Position numbers and translations under genes: made by a program
Assembly (NCBI GenBank): GCA_040754655.1
Contig: JBFMCE010000002.1
Span: forward strand, 5,777-69,776
Length of the DNA stretch: 64,000 bases
Direction: 5' to 3'
From: Bdellovibrionota bacterium
GTDB lineage: Bacteria > Bdellovibrionota > UBA1018 > UBA923
In this document: one piece after another, positions 9,440-19,387 of the stretch
How the letters are laid out: each line of letters opens with the position of its first letter
Position numbering within the stretch: the first letter of the stretch is position 1
The notes under the pieces: generated by a model
Databases searched by the model: none
Seen by the model: the letters and a program-made list of their open reading frames with translations, nothing else
Told to the model about the DNA's origin: nothing

Positions 9440-10408
9440 CTATTTAGCCAGGCTTCCGAGCTTTCGCGCAAGCGCGACGAAAGTCTGCGCTTCCGTCTTG
9501 AGCTCGCCTTGCAAAGAGGGCAACGTCTTCTCAAGCTCTCGCACGGTCGCGACATAGTCTTTCTGAAAGGCAAAAAGTTTTCCAAGATTGTGCCTTGCCA
9601 TCGGCGCCGCAGGATCTAGCCTCAGGCAATCCTTGCAGAGATCGACGCACCGCTCGATATACAGCCGAACCATCTCCACTAAACGATCTGGGTTTAGCGG
9701 AGAAATGGAATGCGCCTTCTTGAAACATTCCTCTGCCTTGTCCAAATCGTGTCGCGCCAGATAAAGACTGCCAAGCGCCCAAATCGCCCGCGTGTAGTCT
9801 GGCTTGAGGCTGACAGCCTTTTTCAACAAGGTTTCCGCGACGGGATAATCAGGTTTCGTAAGATAGTATTGGCCCACTTTAAAAAGTGCGATGGGGTTGG
9901 TGGGAGCGCTCGCGATTGCGCTCTTGAAATTTTCTTCGGCCTCCCTGAACTTTTTCTCGCGAACCGCCAAATGAGCTTCCCTGAGCAAGAGCCTCCAAGG
10001 TTCCTTTGGCATCGCCCTCCAGGCCTTATACTTTTCGAGCTGGGCCTTGATATCAGCTGCCGCGAAAGGCTTCACCAAGATCGAATGGGCCTCGATCTCT
10101 TCGGCCAGAGCCAAAAGGATTGGGCTTCGCTCTTCAAGGGCCAGGATGACATACAAATCATCGTCAGCGGTACCTCCCAACGACTGAACCAGCCGGTACG
10201 CCGAGCCATCGCCTAAATCAATTTCACTGATGATCAACTGGATGGGGTTCTCTTTGTAAGCCCGCAGCGCCGATCCCATGGTGGGAGCATAGAAAGTCTT
10301 GTAATCCCCCAACGTGCGCACGTACTGGTCCATCGTGTCTTTCAGAAGGATCTTCGTGCCTACGTTGAGCAAGTTGATGCGGCCTTCGGCCTCGAGTTGA
10401 TCTGGCAT
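9440..10408 (-). CDS. Atypical receiver-domain plus TPR-repeat protein
   Basis: Receiver-like core (KILLKD...LIISEIDLGDG...ILVKPF) with a degenerate N-terminal acidic pocket, followed by TPR repeats (KAEECFKKAHSISPLNPD...). The start is placed at the internal ATG at 10408 because the track start is TTG. Confidence 0.5.
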   Translation of the reverse strand: MPDQLEAEGRINLLNVGTKILLKDTMDQYVRTLGDYKTFYAPTMGSALRAYKENPIQLIISEIDLGDGSAYRLVQSLGGTADDDLYVILALEERSPILLALAEEIEAHSILVKPFAAADIKAQLEKYKAWRAMPKEPWRLLLREAHLAVREKKFREAEENFKSAIASAPTNPIALFKVGQYYLTKPDYPVAETLLKKAVSLKPDYTRAIWALGSLYLARHDLDKAEECFKKAHSISPLNPDRLVEMVRLYIERCVDLCKDCLRLDPAAPMARHNLGKLFAFQKDYVATVRELEKTLPSLQGELKTEAQTFVALARKLGSLAK

Positions 10409-10608
10409 GTAGATTTTATTTTGAATCAACCCCTGAAAAACGGAAGAAATAAAATGCCCGAGCGAGGCCAATTCCGAGAATTTTGAGGTAGGAAAAAATA
10501 TCCACTTTTTTGTAGCATTGCAGCATGGCTGCTTATAATATACCGAAATTGTCAACGTACATACTAAAGTGATTTAGCCGGCCTCAAACAAAAGTCTAAG
10601 GAGACTCC

Positions 10609-12777
10609 ATGGCTCAAACGCAAAAAGAACACAAATCCTATGTAGCCGACTCGGCTAATATGCGTGAACTGACTCCGATCGCTCTCGTCATGGGATCGAT
10701 CCTGGGGATCATTTTTGGCGCCTCATCGCTTTACCTTGCCCTGAAAGTCGGAATGACGGTCAGCGCATCCATTCCGGTAGCGGTTCTTTCAATAACTCTG
10801 TTTCGCGCCTTTTCGAAAGTTTTTCATGTCAGACGCGCGACGATCCTTGAGAACAATATCGTCCAGACCACTGGGAGCGCCGGTGAATCGATTGCGTTTG
10901 GCGTTGCCGTGACCATGCCGGCCCTTTTGATCTTGGGTTATGACATGGAAGTCGGGCGCACGATGCTGATCGCGGTTTTAGGCGGAATCTTGGGTATCTT
11001 GATGATGATTCCGTTGCGTTACGCATTGATCGTCAAAGAACATGGCAAACTCGCGTATCCTGAAGGCACGGCTTGCGCAGAGGTTTTGATCGTAGGTGAA
11101 GAAGGCGGGACGAGCGCAAAGACCGTCTTCACGGGCTTTTTCATCGGGCTTCTCTATAAAGTGGCAAACGTCGGACTCAAGCTTTGGACGGACGTGGCTG
11201 AGAAGGCCATCTCTTGGTTCAAAGGCGCATCCGTGGCCGCCGAAGTGTCGCCTGAACTCTTGGGCGTAGGCTATATCATCGGCCCTCGCATCGCTTCGAT
11301 CATGGTCGCAGGCGGAGTGCTCTCGAGCTGGGTCTTGATCCCAGCCATCAAGTTGTTCGGAGATGGATTGGCTCAGCCCTTGTTTCCGGCCACAAAGCTG
11401 ATTTCCGAGATGGGACCGCACGAGGTCTGGAAAAACTACGTCCTCTACATCGGAGCGGGAGCCGTAGCCGCCGGCGGCATCATTAGCCTTATCCAAAGCC
11501 TTCCGACCATCGTTCAGTCGGCTGCCGCGGGTTTCGGAAGTTTGAAGAATACGGGCATCCGGGGCATCAGCAACAAACGCACTGAGCGGGATCTTCCGCT
11601 GAAGTTCGTTTTCATGGGCCTGGTGTTGCTGATCGTCGCGATCTGGCTCACCCCTTCACTGAAGATGAACTTGCTCGGAGCATTGCTCATCATTGGTTTT
11701 GGTTTCTTATTTGTAACAGTGAGTTCTCGGTTGACAGGCACCATCGGTTCTTCGTCAAACCCGATCTCGGGAATGACGGTAGCGACCCTGCTTCTGACAA
11801 GCTTGATTTTTCTGCTCTTGGGATGGGTTGGAGCGGACTATCGGGTGACAGCTCTCAGCGTCGCAGCGATCGTCTGTGTTGCTGCTTCGAACGGCGGCAC
11901 GACCTCGCAAGATCTTAAGACTGGCTTCTTGGTCGGGGGCACTCCGAAGTCGCAGCAAATCGCGATCTTGGTTGGCGCGTTCACCTCTGCACTGGTCATC
12001 GGTTACACTCTCAACGTGCTCAATGACGCTTCAACGATTTACTCGAAGAAAGACCTTCCAAGAAATCGAATCGATGTTTCCACTTTGACTCGAAAGGAAA
12101 AGATCAAAGGACCTGAAGCGATCGAAGATAGCAAGCTCTACCACGTCTTGCAATTGGGAGAGACTCAGAAGACTGGCCCTCTTGCCGGCATCGCAGCAGG
12201 CAAGTACCTGGTCGACGAATCAGGCCACATTCGATACGTGGTTGATCCAGGCATCAATGGAACGCTCAAGACCCGCGACAACGGGGCTTCCGTTCAAAAG
12301 TATGAAGCGCCTAAAGCGCGCCTGATGTCGATGATCATCGATGGCATCTTGACCCAACAACTTCCCTGGGGACTGGTTCTCTTGGGTGTCGCGATTGCCG
12401 TCTTGATGGAACTCTGCGGCGTTTCAGCTTTGCCATTCGCCGTCGGAGTTTACTTGCCGATGTCGAGCTCGATGCCGATCTTCATTGGCGGCGTGGTACG
12501 CTGGCTCTCTGATCGTAGGAACAAATCTTCGGCAGCCGAGTCTGAAAGCAGCCCCGGCGTTCTTGCATCCTCAGGCCTCATTGCTGGTGGAGCGATCGCA
12601 GGTATCGTGCTTGCTCTCATGTCTGTGAATGAGAACATTGGCTCCTTCCTAGACCTGAGCAAAGTATTTCCAGGAATCGCAGGAAGCATGACCACCGCAG
12701 TAGTAATGTTCGGGCTGCTGTGTGCATTCTTGTATCTCACGGCCGTCGGAAAATTCGGGAAAGCAAAGCGTAAATAA
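10609..12777 (+). CDS. OPT-superfamily oligopeptide transporter
   Basis: 722 aa with about 16 TM segments. The OPT-family N-terminal region is [31 protein letters not shown]. Confidence 0.75.
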   Translation: MAQTQKEHKSYVADSANMRELTPIALVMGSILGIIFGASSLYLALKVGMTVSASIPVAVLSITLFRAFSKVFHVRRATILENNIVQTTGSAGESIAFGVAVTMPALLILGYDMEVGRTMLIAVLGGILGILMMIPLRYALIVKEHGKLAYPEGTACAEVLIVGEEGGTSAKTVFTGFFIGLLYKVANVGLKLWTDVAEKAISWFKGASVAAEVSPELLGVGYIIGPRIASIMVAGGVLSSWVLIPAIKLFGDGLAQPLFPATKLISEMGPHEVWKNYVLYIGAGAVAAGGIISLIQSLPTIVQSAAAGFGSLKNTGIRGISNKRTERDLPLKFVFMGLVLLIVAIWLTPSLKMNLLGALLIIGFGFLFVTVSSRLTGTIGSSSNPISGMTVATLLLTSLIFLLLGWVGADYRVTALSVAAIVCVAASNGGTTSQDLKTGFLVGGTPKSQQIAILVGAFTSALVIGYTLNVLNDASTIYSKKDLPRNRIDVSTLTRKEKIKGPEAIEDSKLYHVLQLGETQKTGPLAGIAAGKYLVDESGHIRYVVDPGINGTLKTRDNGASVQKYEAPKARLMSMIIDGILTQQLPWGLVLLGVAIAVLMELCGVSALPFAVGVYLPMSSSMPIFIGGVVRWLSDRRNKSSAAESESSPGVLASSGLIAGGAIAGIVLALMSVNENIGSFLDLSKVFPGIAGSMTTAVVMFGLLCAFLYLTAVGKFGKAKRK

Positions 12778-12810
12778 GCCCGGCTTCTTAAAGAACGGAC
12801 TTTAGACGGA

Positions 12811-12860
12811 AAAGCCCGGTATAACGTGGGTGATCACTTTATACCGGGCTTTCGTATTTT
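12811..12860 (+). terminator. Rho-independent terminator between the convergent OPT and OMP genes
   Basis: A 14-bp perfect stem (AAAGCCCGGTATAA / TTATACCGGGCTTT) with a 14-nt loop is followed by CGTATTTTT. Confidence 0.55.
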
Positions 12861-12956
12861 TCTGGCTTTGCTCAAAATAGGCGGGCAGCGACCGACGGAA
12901 CCGCAGCACACAAAATACGCCGCCACGAGGACGCAGATTACCCAACAACACAGATG

Positions 12957-14162
12957 TTAAAACGCTTTGAATCGGATCGTGCCAGTGGCAAGCACCGCGC
13001 CCCGGAAAGATTCCCTCACTTGGCTCATGTCCATCCGTTTGGGATTCTTGATCACGTTGCTGTCGTATTCTGCCCTAGCTTGGGCACCCAAGAAAAACTT
13101 TAGGGCATCTGACCTGAATACTTCATAGTTTACGCTCCCACGAGCGCCCACGCTGTGCCCCATAAATCCTCGTGAACTGAGGCCAAGTGAGTCTGACGTA
13201 TTCTCAATCACCGTGCCGTACCCGCTATAGTCGTAGCTCACAGGATCACAATAATAAGCACCTTCGCTATACCTGTCGTAACAGGTGTGCCAGGCCACGT
13301 TTGAATAACTGACATTTCCTCTGAAACGATCGCTGTATTCGTTGTTTCTGCGCACTGCCTCTGAGCCTATGCGCAAGGTGTAATAAGCCACTGCTTCAAT
13401 AACCAAGCGCTTGTCACCGCTACGGTACTTATACTCAATCGAAACCGGCAGACGAAAACTGCGTTCCGCGATCTCGTAGCGAGTGTCAACCGTGCGCTCA
13501 AGCGTTCCGCCGCCAAAGTAGACCTCGCTGTTGTCAGCTCGCGTATTGTCTGCGCGAGAATTGTGGGCATACTCGGGCTCACCATCAATTTTGGCATAAT
13601 CAGGTTCGTAAAAAACCCCGGGTGGCACAAGCACCGCATCTGAACGCGTTTGAGAGCTCTCAAAAGAGCTTTCATAGGTGCGCTTGGTGTAGGGGTTGAT
13701 CCCTATACGGGCAAGCAATTCTTGGTCTTTCGATTTGTGCATTTTAGCCACTACGCTCACTTCGATAAGTGAAAGCTCTAAATAACGATCTGCTTCGACT
13801 CCCTTGCCGGGCAGCCCCACAATTCCCGGAAAGCCTGTAAGTTCAATTCCCCAAGTCTTGTTGAAGAAATACCGACCTTTCGCCGAGACTTCCCACTCTG
13901 CGATCGATGCTCGTTGGTCGCGTATACCAGCCATAAAGCCCATATCAATGCGCCCACTCAAACGATCTGGATCACCAATCATCAACACACCCTTAAGATC
14001 AACCACACCTCGAGTAGAACCCTCTGTGTAGCCAGAAGCGTGGTAAGTGCCGGTGCCCACTTTGGTATCAAAGATAAGATCACTGTCTGCTTGAGAGAAG
14101 GGTGCCGTCAGCACAGCGCCACAAGTGACCATCAACATGCCAAGAAGCTGCTTTGTATTCAT
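12957..14162 (-). CDS. Outer-membrane beta-barrel protein (hypothetical)
   Basis: Signal peptide MNTKQLLGMLMVTCGAVLTAPFSQA. Amphipathic beta-strands end in ...RFKAF (C-terminal Phe). Confidence 0.55.
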   Translation of the reverse strand: MNTKQLLGMLMVTCGAVLTAPFSQADSDLIFDTKVGTGTYHASGYTEGSTRGVVDLKGVLMIGDPDRLSGRIDMGFMAGIRDQRASIAEWEVSAKGRYFFNKTWGIELTGFPGIVGLPGKGVEADRYLELSLIEVSVVAKMHKSKDQELLARIGINPYTKRTYESSFESSQTRSDAVLVPPGVFYEPDYAKIDGEPEYAHNSRADNTRADNSEVYFGGGTLERTVDTRYEIAERSFRLPVSIEYKYRSGDKRLVIEAVAYYTLRIGSEAVRRNNEYSDRFRGNVSYSNVAWHTCYDRYSEGAYYCDPVSYDYSGYGTVIENTSDSLGLSSRGFMGHSVGARGSVNYEVFRSDALKFFLGAQARAEYDSNVIKNPKRMDMSQVRESFRGAVLATGTIRFKAF

Positions 14163-14272
14163 GAAAACCCCCGGTCGCCTTATTAGAGGGGGTGTTCAGA
14201 CCTGACAAGGAGCGGTGCGGCATTTGTTTTTTAAATCACTGTATTTAATGAGAGCAGTCTAGCTGTTCTCAC

Positions 14273-15055
14273 TCACTGAGAAGCGCGATCTTTCTTAGTC
14301 TTTTGTTCGGCCACATTACGAGCTCGTTTTGCGGCCTTTCGTTTGCCGTTTTTGCTGCCAGATACAGGTTGCTCAGCCACCGCAGTACTTGAAGTATGGA
14401 TAGCCTTGATGCCTTGAAGACCCGCTTCGAGTTGCGCGACCCTTTCGTAGAGGTCTTGCCTGGCAAGTATTTCGTCTTGCGCCTGAAGCTTTCCTTCCAA
14501 GGCTTTTACCTTTGCCTCGAGCTCGGCGATTTTCGCCATCGCCGCCTCGTGCTCTTTATTGGCTAACCTGCGTTCTTGATCGACCATATCGGCATATTCA
14601 ATTTCATCCATTTGGATATGGATGCCTGAACATTCTTCTTTCGGTATGTTTGAAACCTGGCTTTGAGCCCACTGAGCTTCCATACTGAATTTATTGCCAC
14701 GCGTAGCATTTATTTTTAAATCCACCCGCGACCTTGCAAAGATTTCATCAAAATCTCTATCCAAAAACTGAACGTGGCAGCGGTTGTCATCACCCACGAA
14801 GCGCTGCTCTAAAAGAGTCTGACCTTTCTGAGCACAAATCTTGTCATCAACGGTTTTGCCAAACAATTGTTTGGTTTCAGGGTCAAGCACTTCGACACGA
14901 TACTCAATGCAATCGCCGTTGAGGGTGGTGTACATTTTATGGCCTGACTTGTACGGCATGTTTCGAAAACCCACGGGCTTTTGACCTGCCATCACAGTTG
15001 AGGCGATCGCAAGAGTCGCACAAGCTAGAATCAAATTTTGGGTGGAAAATTTCAT
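14273..15055 (-). CDS. Secreted Cys-containing coiled-coil protein, paralog 1 of 3
   Basis: SD AAGGAG 7 nt upstream of the ATG. Signal peptide, then an N-domain with conserved Cys (NRCHVQF...), then a coiled-coil (AKIAELEAKVKALEGKLQAQ) and a Lys/Arg-rich tail. Confidence 0.65.
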   Translation of the reverse strand: MKFSTQNLILACATLAIASTVMAGQKPVGFRNMPYKSGHKMYTTLNGDCIEYRVEVLDPETKQLFGKTVDDKICAQKGQTLLEQRFVGDDNRCHVQFLDRDFDEIFARSRVDLKINATRGNKFSMEAQWAQSQVSNIPKEECSGIHIQMDEIEYADMVDQERRLANKEHEAAMAKIAELEAKVKALEGKLQAQDEILARQDLYERVAQLEAGLQGIKAIHTSSTAVAEQPVSGSKNGKRKAAKRARNVAEQKTKKDRASQ

Positions 15056-15067
15056 GGGGTTACTCCT

Positions 15068-15841
15068 TTAAGGCTTTAGCGACAAGGGTTTTAAGGAAAC
15101 AGAAGAAGTTTTGATCACAAGCTGCTGTTGGCCATCGCGCCTACGGGCGCTGCGAAGTTCAGCTTCAAGCTTTGCGATACGGCGGGCAGAACGTTTTTCT
15201 TTGGCTTTCAGCTCAGAGATCTGAGCTGAAAGGGCATCAAGTCTTGCAACGACATCAGACAAAGACTTTTCATTCTTTGAGTCTTTGACCATTTGCAGGT
15301 ATCCATTCTTACTAATAACCCAGTAACCTTTGCATTGGCTCGATTCGCCGGGATTCGTGACTTCTGAGACAGTAAGAGGTTCCCAAGAATCAATGGACGA
15401 AGAGTTTCTTGAGTAAAGTTCACGGTATTTAATTCGGTTTTCAAAACTTGAAATCAACTCGACATGGCACTGATTGCCTTCCAGTCGTTTTCGAACGATT
15501 CGGTCTTCGCGTTCTTCTTCACAGTCGTCGTTTTCCATTTGGCGATCAACTAGGATGAGGACATCAGGAGACTGGGGGTTTTGGAGATCGGCTTTTTTAG
15601 TTTCAACCCAGAGGCTATGACAACCGCCTTTCGAATCGACGAAACGCGCCGAACCTTCAAAGGTTGCAGAATCTAACGGGCTCATCAGCTCTTGCGCCTT
15701 GGCTGAGTCTTCGTAATAAGCGAGTAAAAAAACCGCTAGCGCCAGCTTCTTGAAAATCATGAAGGCTAAAAACGCCTTGCGATGCCGGGAAGCAGCCTTG
15801 ATCAAGCCTTGAATTTTACTATCGAGATTAAATTCAATCAT
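15068..15841 (-). CDS. Secreted/anchored Cys-containing coiled-coil protein, paralog 2 of 3
   Basis: Same architecture (GNQCHVELISSFENR, then coiled-coil ISELKAKEKRSARRIAKLEAELR). The ATG overlaps the upstream paralog's stop as ATGA. An alternative start at 15760 would give a classical signal peptide (MIFKKLALAVFLLAYY). Confidence 0.6.
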   Translation of the reverse strand: MIEFNLDSKIQGLIKAASRHRKAFLAFMIFKKLALAVFLLAYYEDSAKAQELMSPLDSATFEGSARFVDSKGGCHSLWVETKKADLQNPQSPDVLILVDRQMENDDCEEEREDRIVRKRLEGNQCHVELISSFENRIKYRELYSRNSSSIDSWEPLTVSEVTNPGESSQCKGYWVISKNGYLQMVKDSKNEKSLSDVVARLDALSAQISELKAKEKRSARRIAKLEAELRSARRRDGQQQLVIKTSSVSLKPLSLKP

Positions 15842-16551
15842 TTCTTTTTCGCACCCTTTTCTGAGAGCTTGCGAGAATACGGTACTTTCCTAACGGAAGC
15901 CCCGTCTTCGTAAGTCTTGCTTGCGATTATGGCCCTCGCCTTCAACAAAAGATCAGTTCGATCATCTTCAAGTTGCTGCAAGCGCGTGAGTGCTTCGTTT
16001 GTAGCGCCACCCCTCATCGATCCATTCTGATCAGCGTTCTCAATGGTCTTTCTTACATCATTGATGTCAGTATCGATTTGGGCGAGCCTCGCAATTTGCT
16101 CATAGGTGTCGTAGATCGAGGCATCTAGGGTAAAGATGCCATCGCAGACGCTCTTGTTCATAAAACTGATCGGACCAACGTGTTCCCACTCTAAAGGAGA
16201 ACTAAACGCAGAAAGATGCTGCAATTGGTCCGGCCTGAAACTTTCAAGTAAACCTCGGATAGAGTACATTTGACACTTTTCATTTTCGACCCTGTATTGA
16301 ACTAGGTACCGAACAGAAATAGAGTCGCAGGCCGAGCCCTTATCTACCCTGCCTGCCAGTTCGTCGTTTTTCTCGGCATCCTTCCTGATCTCGTAGCTGA
16401 CACAAAGACCTGTATCCGTCTTGCTGTGGATTCTAGTGCCATTGTCATACCTTTGAAACAACGACTCAGACTCAGATTCACCTTGAGCGGTATCAATCAA
16501 TATTATTGATAGAAGGGCCATTCCAATCGCCCGATAAGCGTTTTTTTTCAT
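15838..16551 (-). CDS. Secreted Cys-containing coiled-coil protein, paralog 3 of 3
   Basis: The start is reassigned to MKKNAYRAIGMALLSIILIDTAQG (signal peptide). It has the NEKCQMYSIRGLLESF motif and a C-terminal coiled-coil. Confidence 0.6.
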   Translation of the reverse strand: MKKNAYRAIGMALLSIILIDTAQGESESESLFQRYDNGTRIHSKTDTGLCVSYEIRKDAEKNDELAGRVDKGSACDSISVRYLVQYRVENEKCQMYSIRGLLESFRPDQLQHLSAFSSPLEWEHVGPISFMNKSVCDGIFTLDASIYDTYEQIARLAQIDTDINDVRKTIENADQNGSMRGGATNEALTRLQQLEDDRTDLLLKARAIIASKTYEDGASVRKVPYSRKLSEKGAKKK

Positions 16552-16964
16552 TTCATCTCTCTCTATAAAGAGAGATAACTGCAACCTTGGTACCAGCAAA
16601 AACACAACCTAAGTCATTGAAACCATTCGGTGATGTAGGTCTGACACACCCTAAAAACATTGTTCAATGTAAACGCCTTCGACACCCCGAGAGAGCCTCT
16701 TTCGCTATTTAGGATAGTTCCTGTACCGCCACCCGTGGGTGGTGAGTCTCAAAACTTATCGGTTATTTTCTTTTTGCCCAAGCTGACGAAAGTTTCTTAT
16801 CGAGAGTTATGAGTTCAAGATTCAGTTCGTTCGCCAGCCAGAAATAGCTAGCATTTTGCTTATGGAAAGTAGGCACTTTTTTCCTCTCTCATACGGCCAA
16901 ATACGCAAACGTACTCAAGTTATCTCACCCCCCAGCCGAAACGAGTGTTGAGAGAGAATAAATC

Positions 16965-17975
16965 ATGCCAAAAATCACACGTAAAAAGAGAACCAGATCG
17001 AAACGAAGTGCCTTTGCGGGGTTATTTTCGCAATTTTCGCAATTCGCCCGGGCGATTGCGACTACTAAGAAGCGTCGATCGAGAAAACGGTCGCACCAAG
17101 ATCACCTGCAACCGTTGACCTGGATTCTTCCCACCCTGCTTCTTGCGATCACGCTGGGCATCGTGATCAAATACAATAAAAATTCCGTGAAGCATCCGGT
17201 GGCCATCACTTCGGCGAAACTCATCCACTTGTTTGAGGACGCGCAGAATCACCCACTGGGCGAAAAGGTCGCTTTTTGGAGCGAAAAACTGCTCAAAAAC
17301 CCAAACTTACTCGTACCCATAGGTTCAGGACCCGAAGTGAGTGATACAGCCCCTTTGTTTCCCCGCGGTTATGATTGCACGACTTACGTTGAAATCGTAG
17401 GTGCCCTGGCTCGAAGCGAAAGTGGCGAACAACTGGCTGATCGCGTGATCGAGATCCGGTACCGCAATGGCGAAGTTTCTTACGCCACAAGGAATCATTT
17501 CCCTGAAGCCGACTGGATCCCAAACAACGAAAAAGCCGGCGTGTTGAAAGACATCACCATTCAAGTCGCTCGCAAGTCAGGTTTTGTCGCTGGTTTCGTG
17601 AACAAAGACATCGACAGACTTGCCTGGTTCAAAGGGCAAGGAAATGAGCATGCTAAGCGCATTATCGCAAGATCACCGACTTCAGAAGAATCCAAAACTG
17701 TAAGGCTTGCTTACATCCCGGCTGAAAAAATGATGGCTAGCCTTCAACATATTCCGCAGGGCGCCGTGATCAACGTCGTGCGCGAGAACAAGGCGCGCCA
17801 ACCCGTTTTGATCACCCATCAAGGTTTTCTGATCTGGAAAAAAGGCGTTGCTTACTTCCGTCATGCGTCACGCAACAAAGAAATCACCGAGATGCCTTTA
17901 ACGACGTATTTAAGACAAGTAAGCCGCATGCCTTGGCGCGTTCTTGGTTTCAATGTGAACGCTTTTCAAGGTTAA
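16965..17975 (+). CDS. DUF1460-like (papain/NlpC-like fold) membrane-anchored protein
   Basis: Basic N-tail plus TM, then the motifs GYDCTTYVEIVGALARS, IRYRNGEVSYATRNHF and DWIPNN. It is paralogous to the protein at 61946-62875. Confidence 0.55.
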   Translation: MPKITRKKRTRSKRSAFAGLFSQFSQFARAIATTKKRRSRKRSHQDHLQPLTWILPTLLLAITLGIVIKYNKNSVKHPVAITSAKLIHLFEDAQNHPLGEKVAFWSEKLLKNPNLLVPIGSGPEVSDTAPLFPRGYDCTTYVEIVGALARSESGEQLADRVIEIRYRNGEVSYATRNHFPEADWIPNNEKAGVLKDITIQVARKSGFVAGFVNKDIDRLAWFKGQGNEHAKRIIARSPTSEESKTVRLAYIPAEKMMASLQHIPQGAVINVVRENKARQPVLITHQGFLIWKKGVAYFRHASRNKEITEMPLTTYLRQVSRMPWRVLGFNVNAFQG

Positions 17976-18032
17976 TTATAACTAACTACTGCTAAAATAT
18001 CGCGCGATCTGAAACTGTGGTAGAAGAAGGTC

Positions 18033-19022
18033 ATGGAGCACTTCTTTACCCTCACTCCTGAGCGCATGCTAGACTCGGTCGAGCGCGCGCTAAGATCAAA
18101 TCAAACTGGCGTGCGAGCCACTGGCAGATGCCTGGCGCTGAATAGCATGGAAAATCGCGTTTACGAAATCGAGCTCGACAACGAAACCAGCGTTGTAACC
18201 AAGTTCTATCGGCCCGGCCGATGGACTAAGGAAGCGATACTGGACGAACACCAGTTCATCCGCCAACTCGCCGAGGCCGAGGTACCCGCTGTCACCCCGC
18301 TGATTTTGGCGAATGACACGACTCTTGAGCAGTCAGAAGATGGGATCTACTTTGCGGTCTTTCCAAAAGTTCGTGGAAGGATCTTGCAAGAACTTGACGA
18401 CTTGCAACTCGCGCAAATGGGGCGCCTTTTGGGAAGGCTGCATAACGTCGGCGAGAAACAAGCTGCTCCTCACCGCGTGACGCTCAGTATTGAAACTTAT
18501 GGCAAACAGAGTTTGAATTTCATTGAGAACTCTGGCCTTCTCCACCCGAACTTCAAATCGCGTTATCTTGAGGTGGTGCAAGCCCTTCTTGCCGAAATTG
18601 AGCCGCTGCTCGCAGGAGTAAGAGCGTTCAGGGTTCATGGCGATTGCCATCTTGGAAATGTGCTCTGGCAACCTAATGGCCCTTTTTTCATCGATTTTGA
18701 TGACATGGTGGTTGCACCGGCGGTGCAAGACATTTGGATGGCGGTAAGAGGACGAGGATCCGAAGCCGACCGCCAACGCGATGTCTTGCTTGCAGGTTAT
18801 GAACAAATGCGCGCTTTTGATCGAGGGACATTGGTACTCGTAGAACCGCTGCGCTCACTGAGAATGATTCACTATGCTGCGTGGATTGCGCGAAGGTGGG
18901 ATGACCCGACCTTCAAAAACGCTTTTCCAGATTTCGGCACGACGAAGTACTGGCAAGAAGAGATCGTGGATTTGAGTGAGCAATTGCAAATCATTAGGGA
19001 ACGGCAAACGCAGTGGAATTGA
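18033..19022 (+). CDS. srkA: Stress response Ser/Thr kinase SrkA (RdoA/YihE family)
   Basis: Collinear with E. coli SrkA: NSMENRVYEIEL...FYRPGRWT...ILDEHQF...FRVHGDCHLGNVLW...PFFIDFDD...PAVQDIWM. 329 aa. Confidence 0.85.
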   Translation: MEHFFTLTPERMLDSVERALRSNQTGVRATGRCLALNSMENRVYEIELDNETSVVTKFYRPGRWTKEAILDEHQFIRQLAEAEVPAVTPLILANDTTLEQSEDGIYFAVFPKVRGRILQELDDLQLAQMGRLLGRLHNVGEKQAAPHRVTLSIETYGKQSLNFIENSGLLHPNFKSRYLEVVQALLAEIEPLLAGVRAFRVHGDCHLGNVLWQPNGPFFIDFDDMVVAPAVQDIWMAVRGRGSEADRQRDVLLAGYEQMRAFDRGTLVLVEPLRSLRMIHYAAWIARRWDDPTFKNAFPDFGTTKYWQEEIVDLSEQLQIIRERQTQWN

Positions 19023-19043
19023 GTTGCAGGCGCTCCAGAAACA

Positions 19044-19073
19044 GAATCGGGCACCGTTAACCGCTAACGGCTA
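19044..19073. repeat. 30-nt direct repeat, copy A (GAATCGGGCACCGTTAACCGCTAACGGCTA)
   Basis: Identical to copy B at 19794-19823. It contains the imperfect palindrome CCGTTAACCGCTAACGG. Confidence 0.8.
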
Positions 19074-19083
19074 ACAGCACAAC

Positions 19084-19380
19084 TCACCTGGGATGAACCA
19101 ATCGATAAACGATTGCACCAAGCCTATCGGCAATAGAAAACACTTCTTTCTGATCAAGGATTTGCAGAATACTTTGAGTCTCTCTGAGTGACCCCAACGC
19201 AATGGCATAAAACCTTCTTTGTTCAGGTTGAGTCGTTTTTGCAGAACCTTCGCTGAGATTTAAAACCACACTCAAGCTTGCCCGATCAAGTTGGTCTTTC
19301 AGATGGCGTTTTGCTTTCAACTTCTCACATTGCTTGTAGAGCGTAAGCGCTAATTCATAGGCTTGAAAATTTTTGAGCAT
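19084..19380 (-). CDS. Four-helix-bundle protein (23S rRNA intervening-sequence protein / Avd-like family)
   Basis: Family pattern FQAYELAL.LY......K..L.DQL.RAS.SVVLNL.EGSAK......F..IA.GS..E. The ATG sits with AAGGAGG inside the intergenic inverted repeat. Confidence 0.75.
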   Translation of the reverse strand: MLKNFQAYELALTLYKQCEKLKAKRHLKDQLDRASLSVVLNLSEGSAKTTQPEQRRFYAIALGSLRETQSILQILDQKEVFSIADRLGAIVYRLVHPR

Positions 19381-19387
19381 AAGGTCT

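Noticed and set aside
10978-11496. 172-aa minus-strand ORF inside the OPT transporter gene
   Set aside because: Antisense to a confidently identified transporter.
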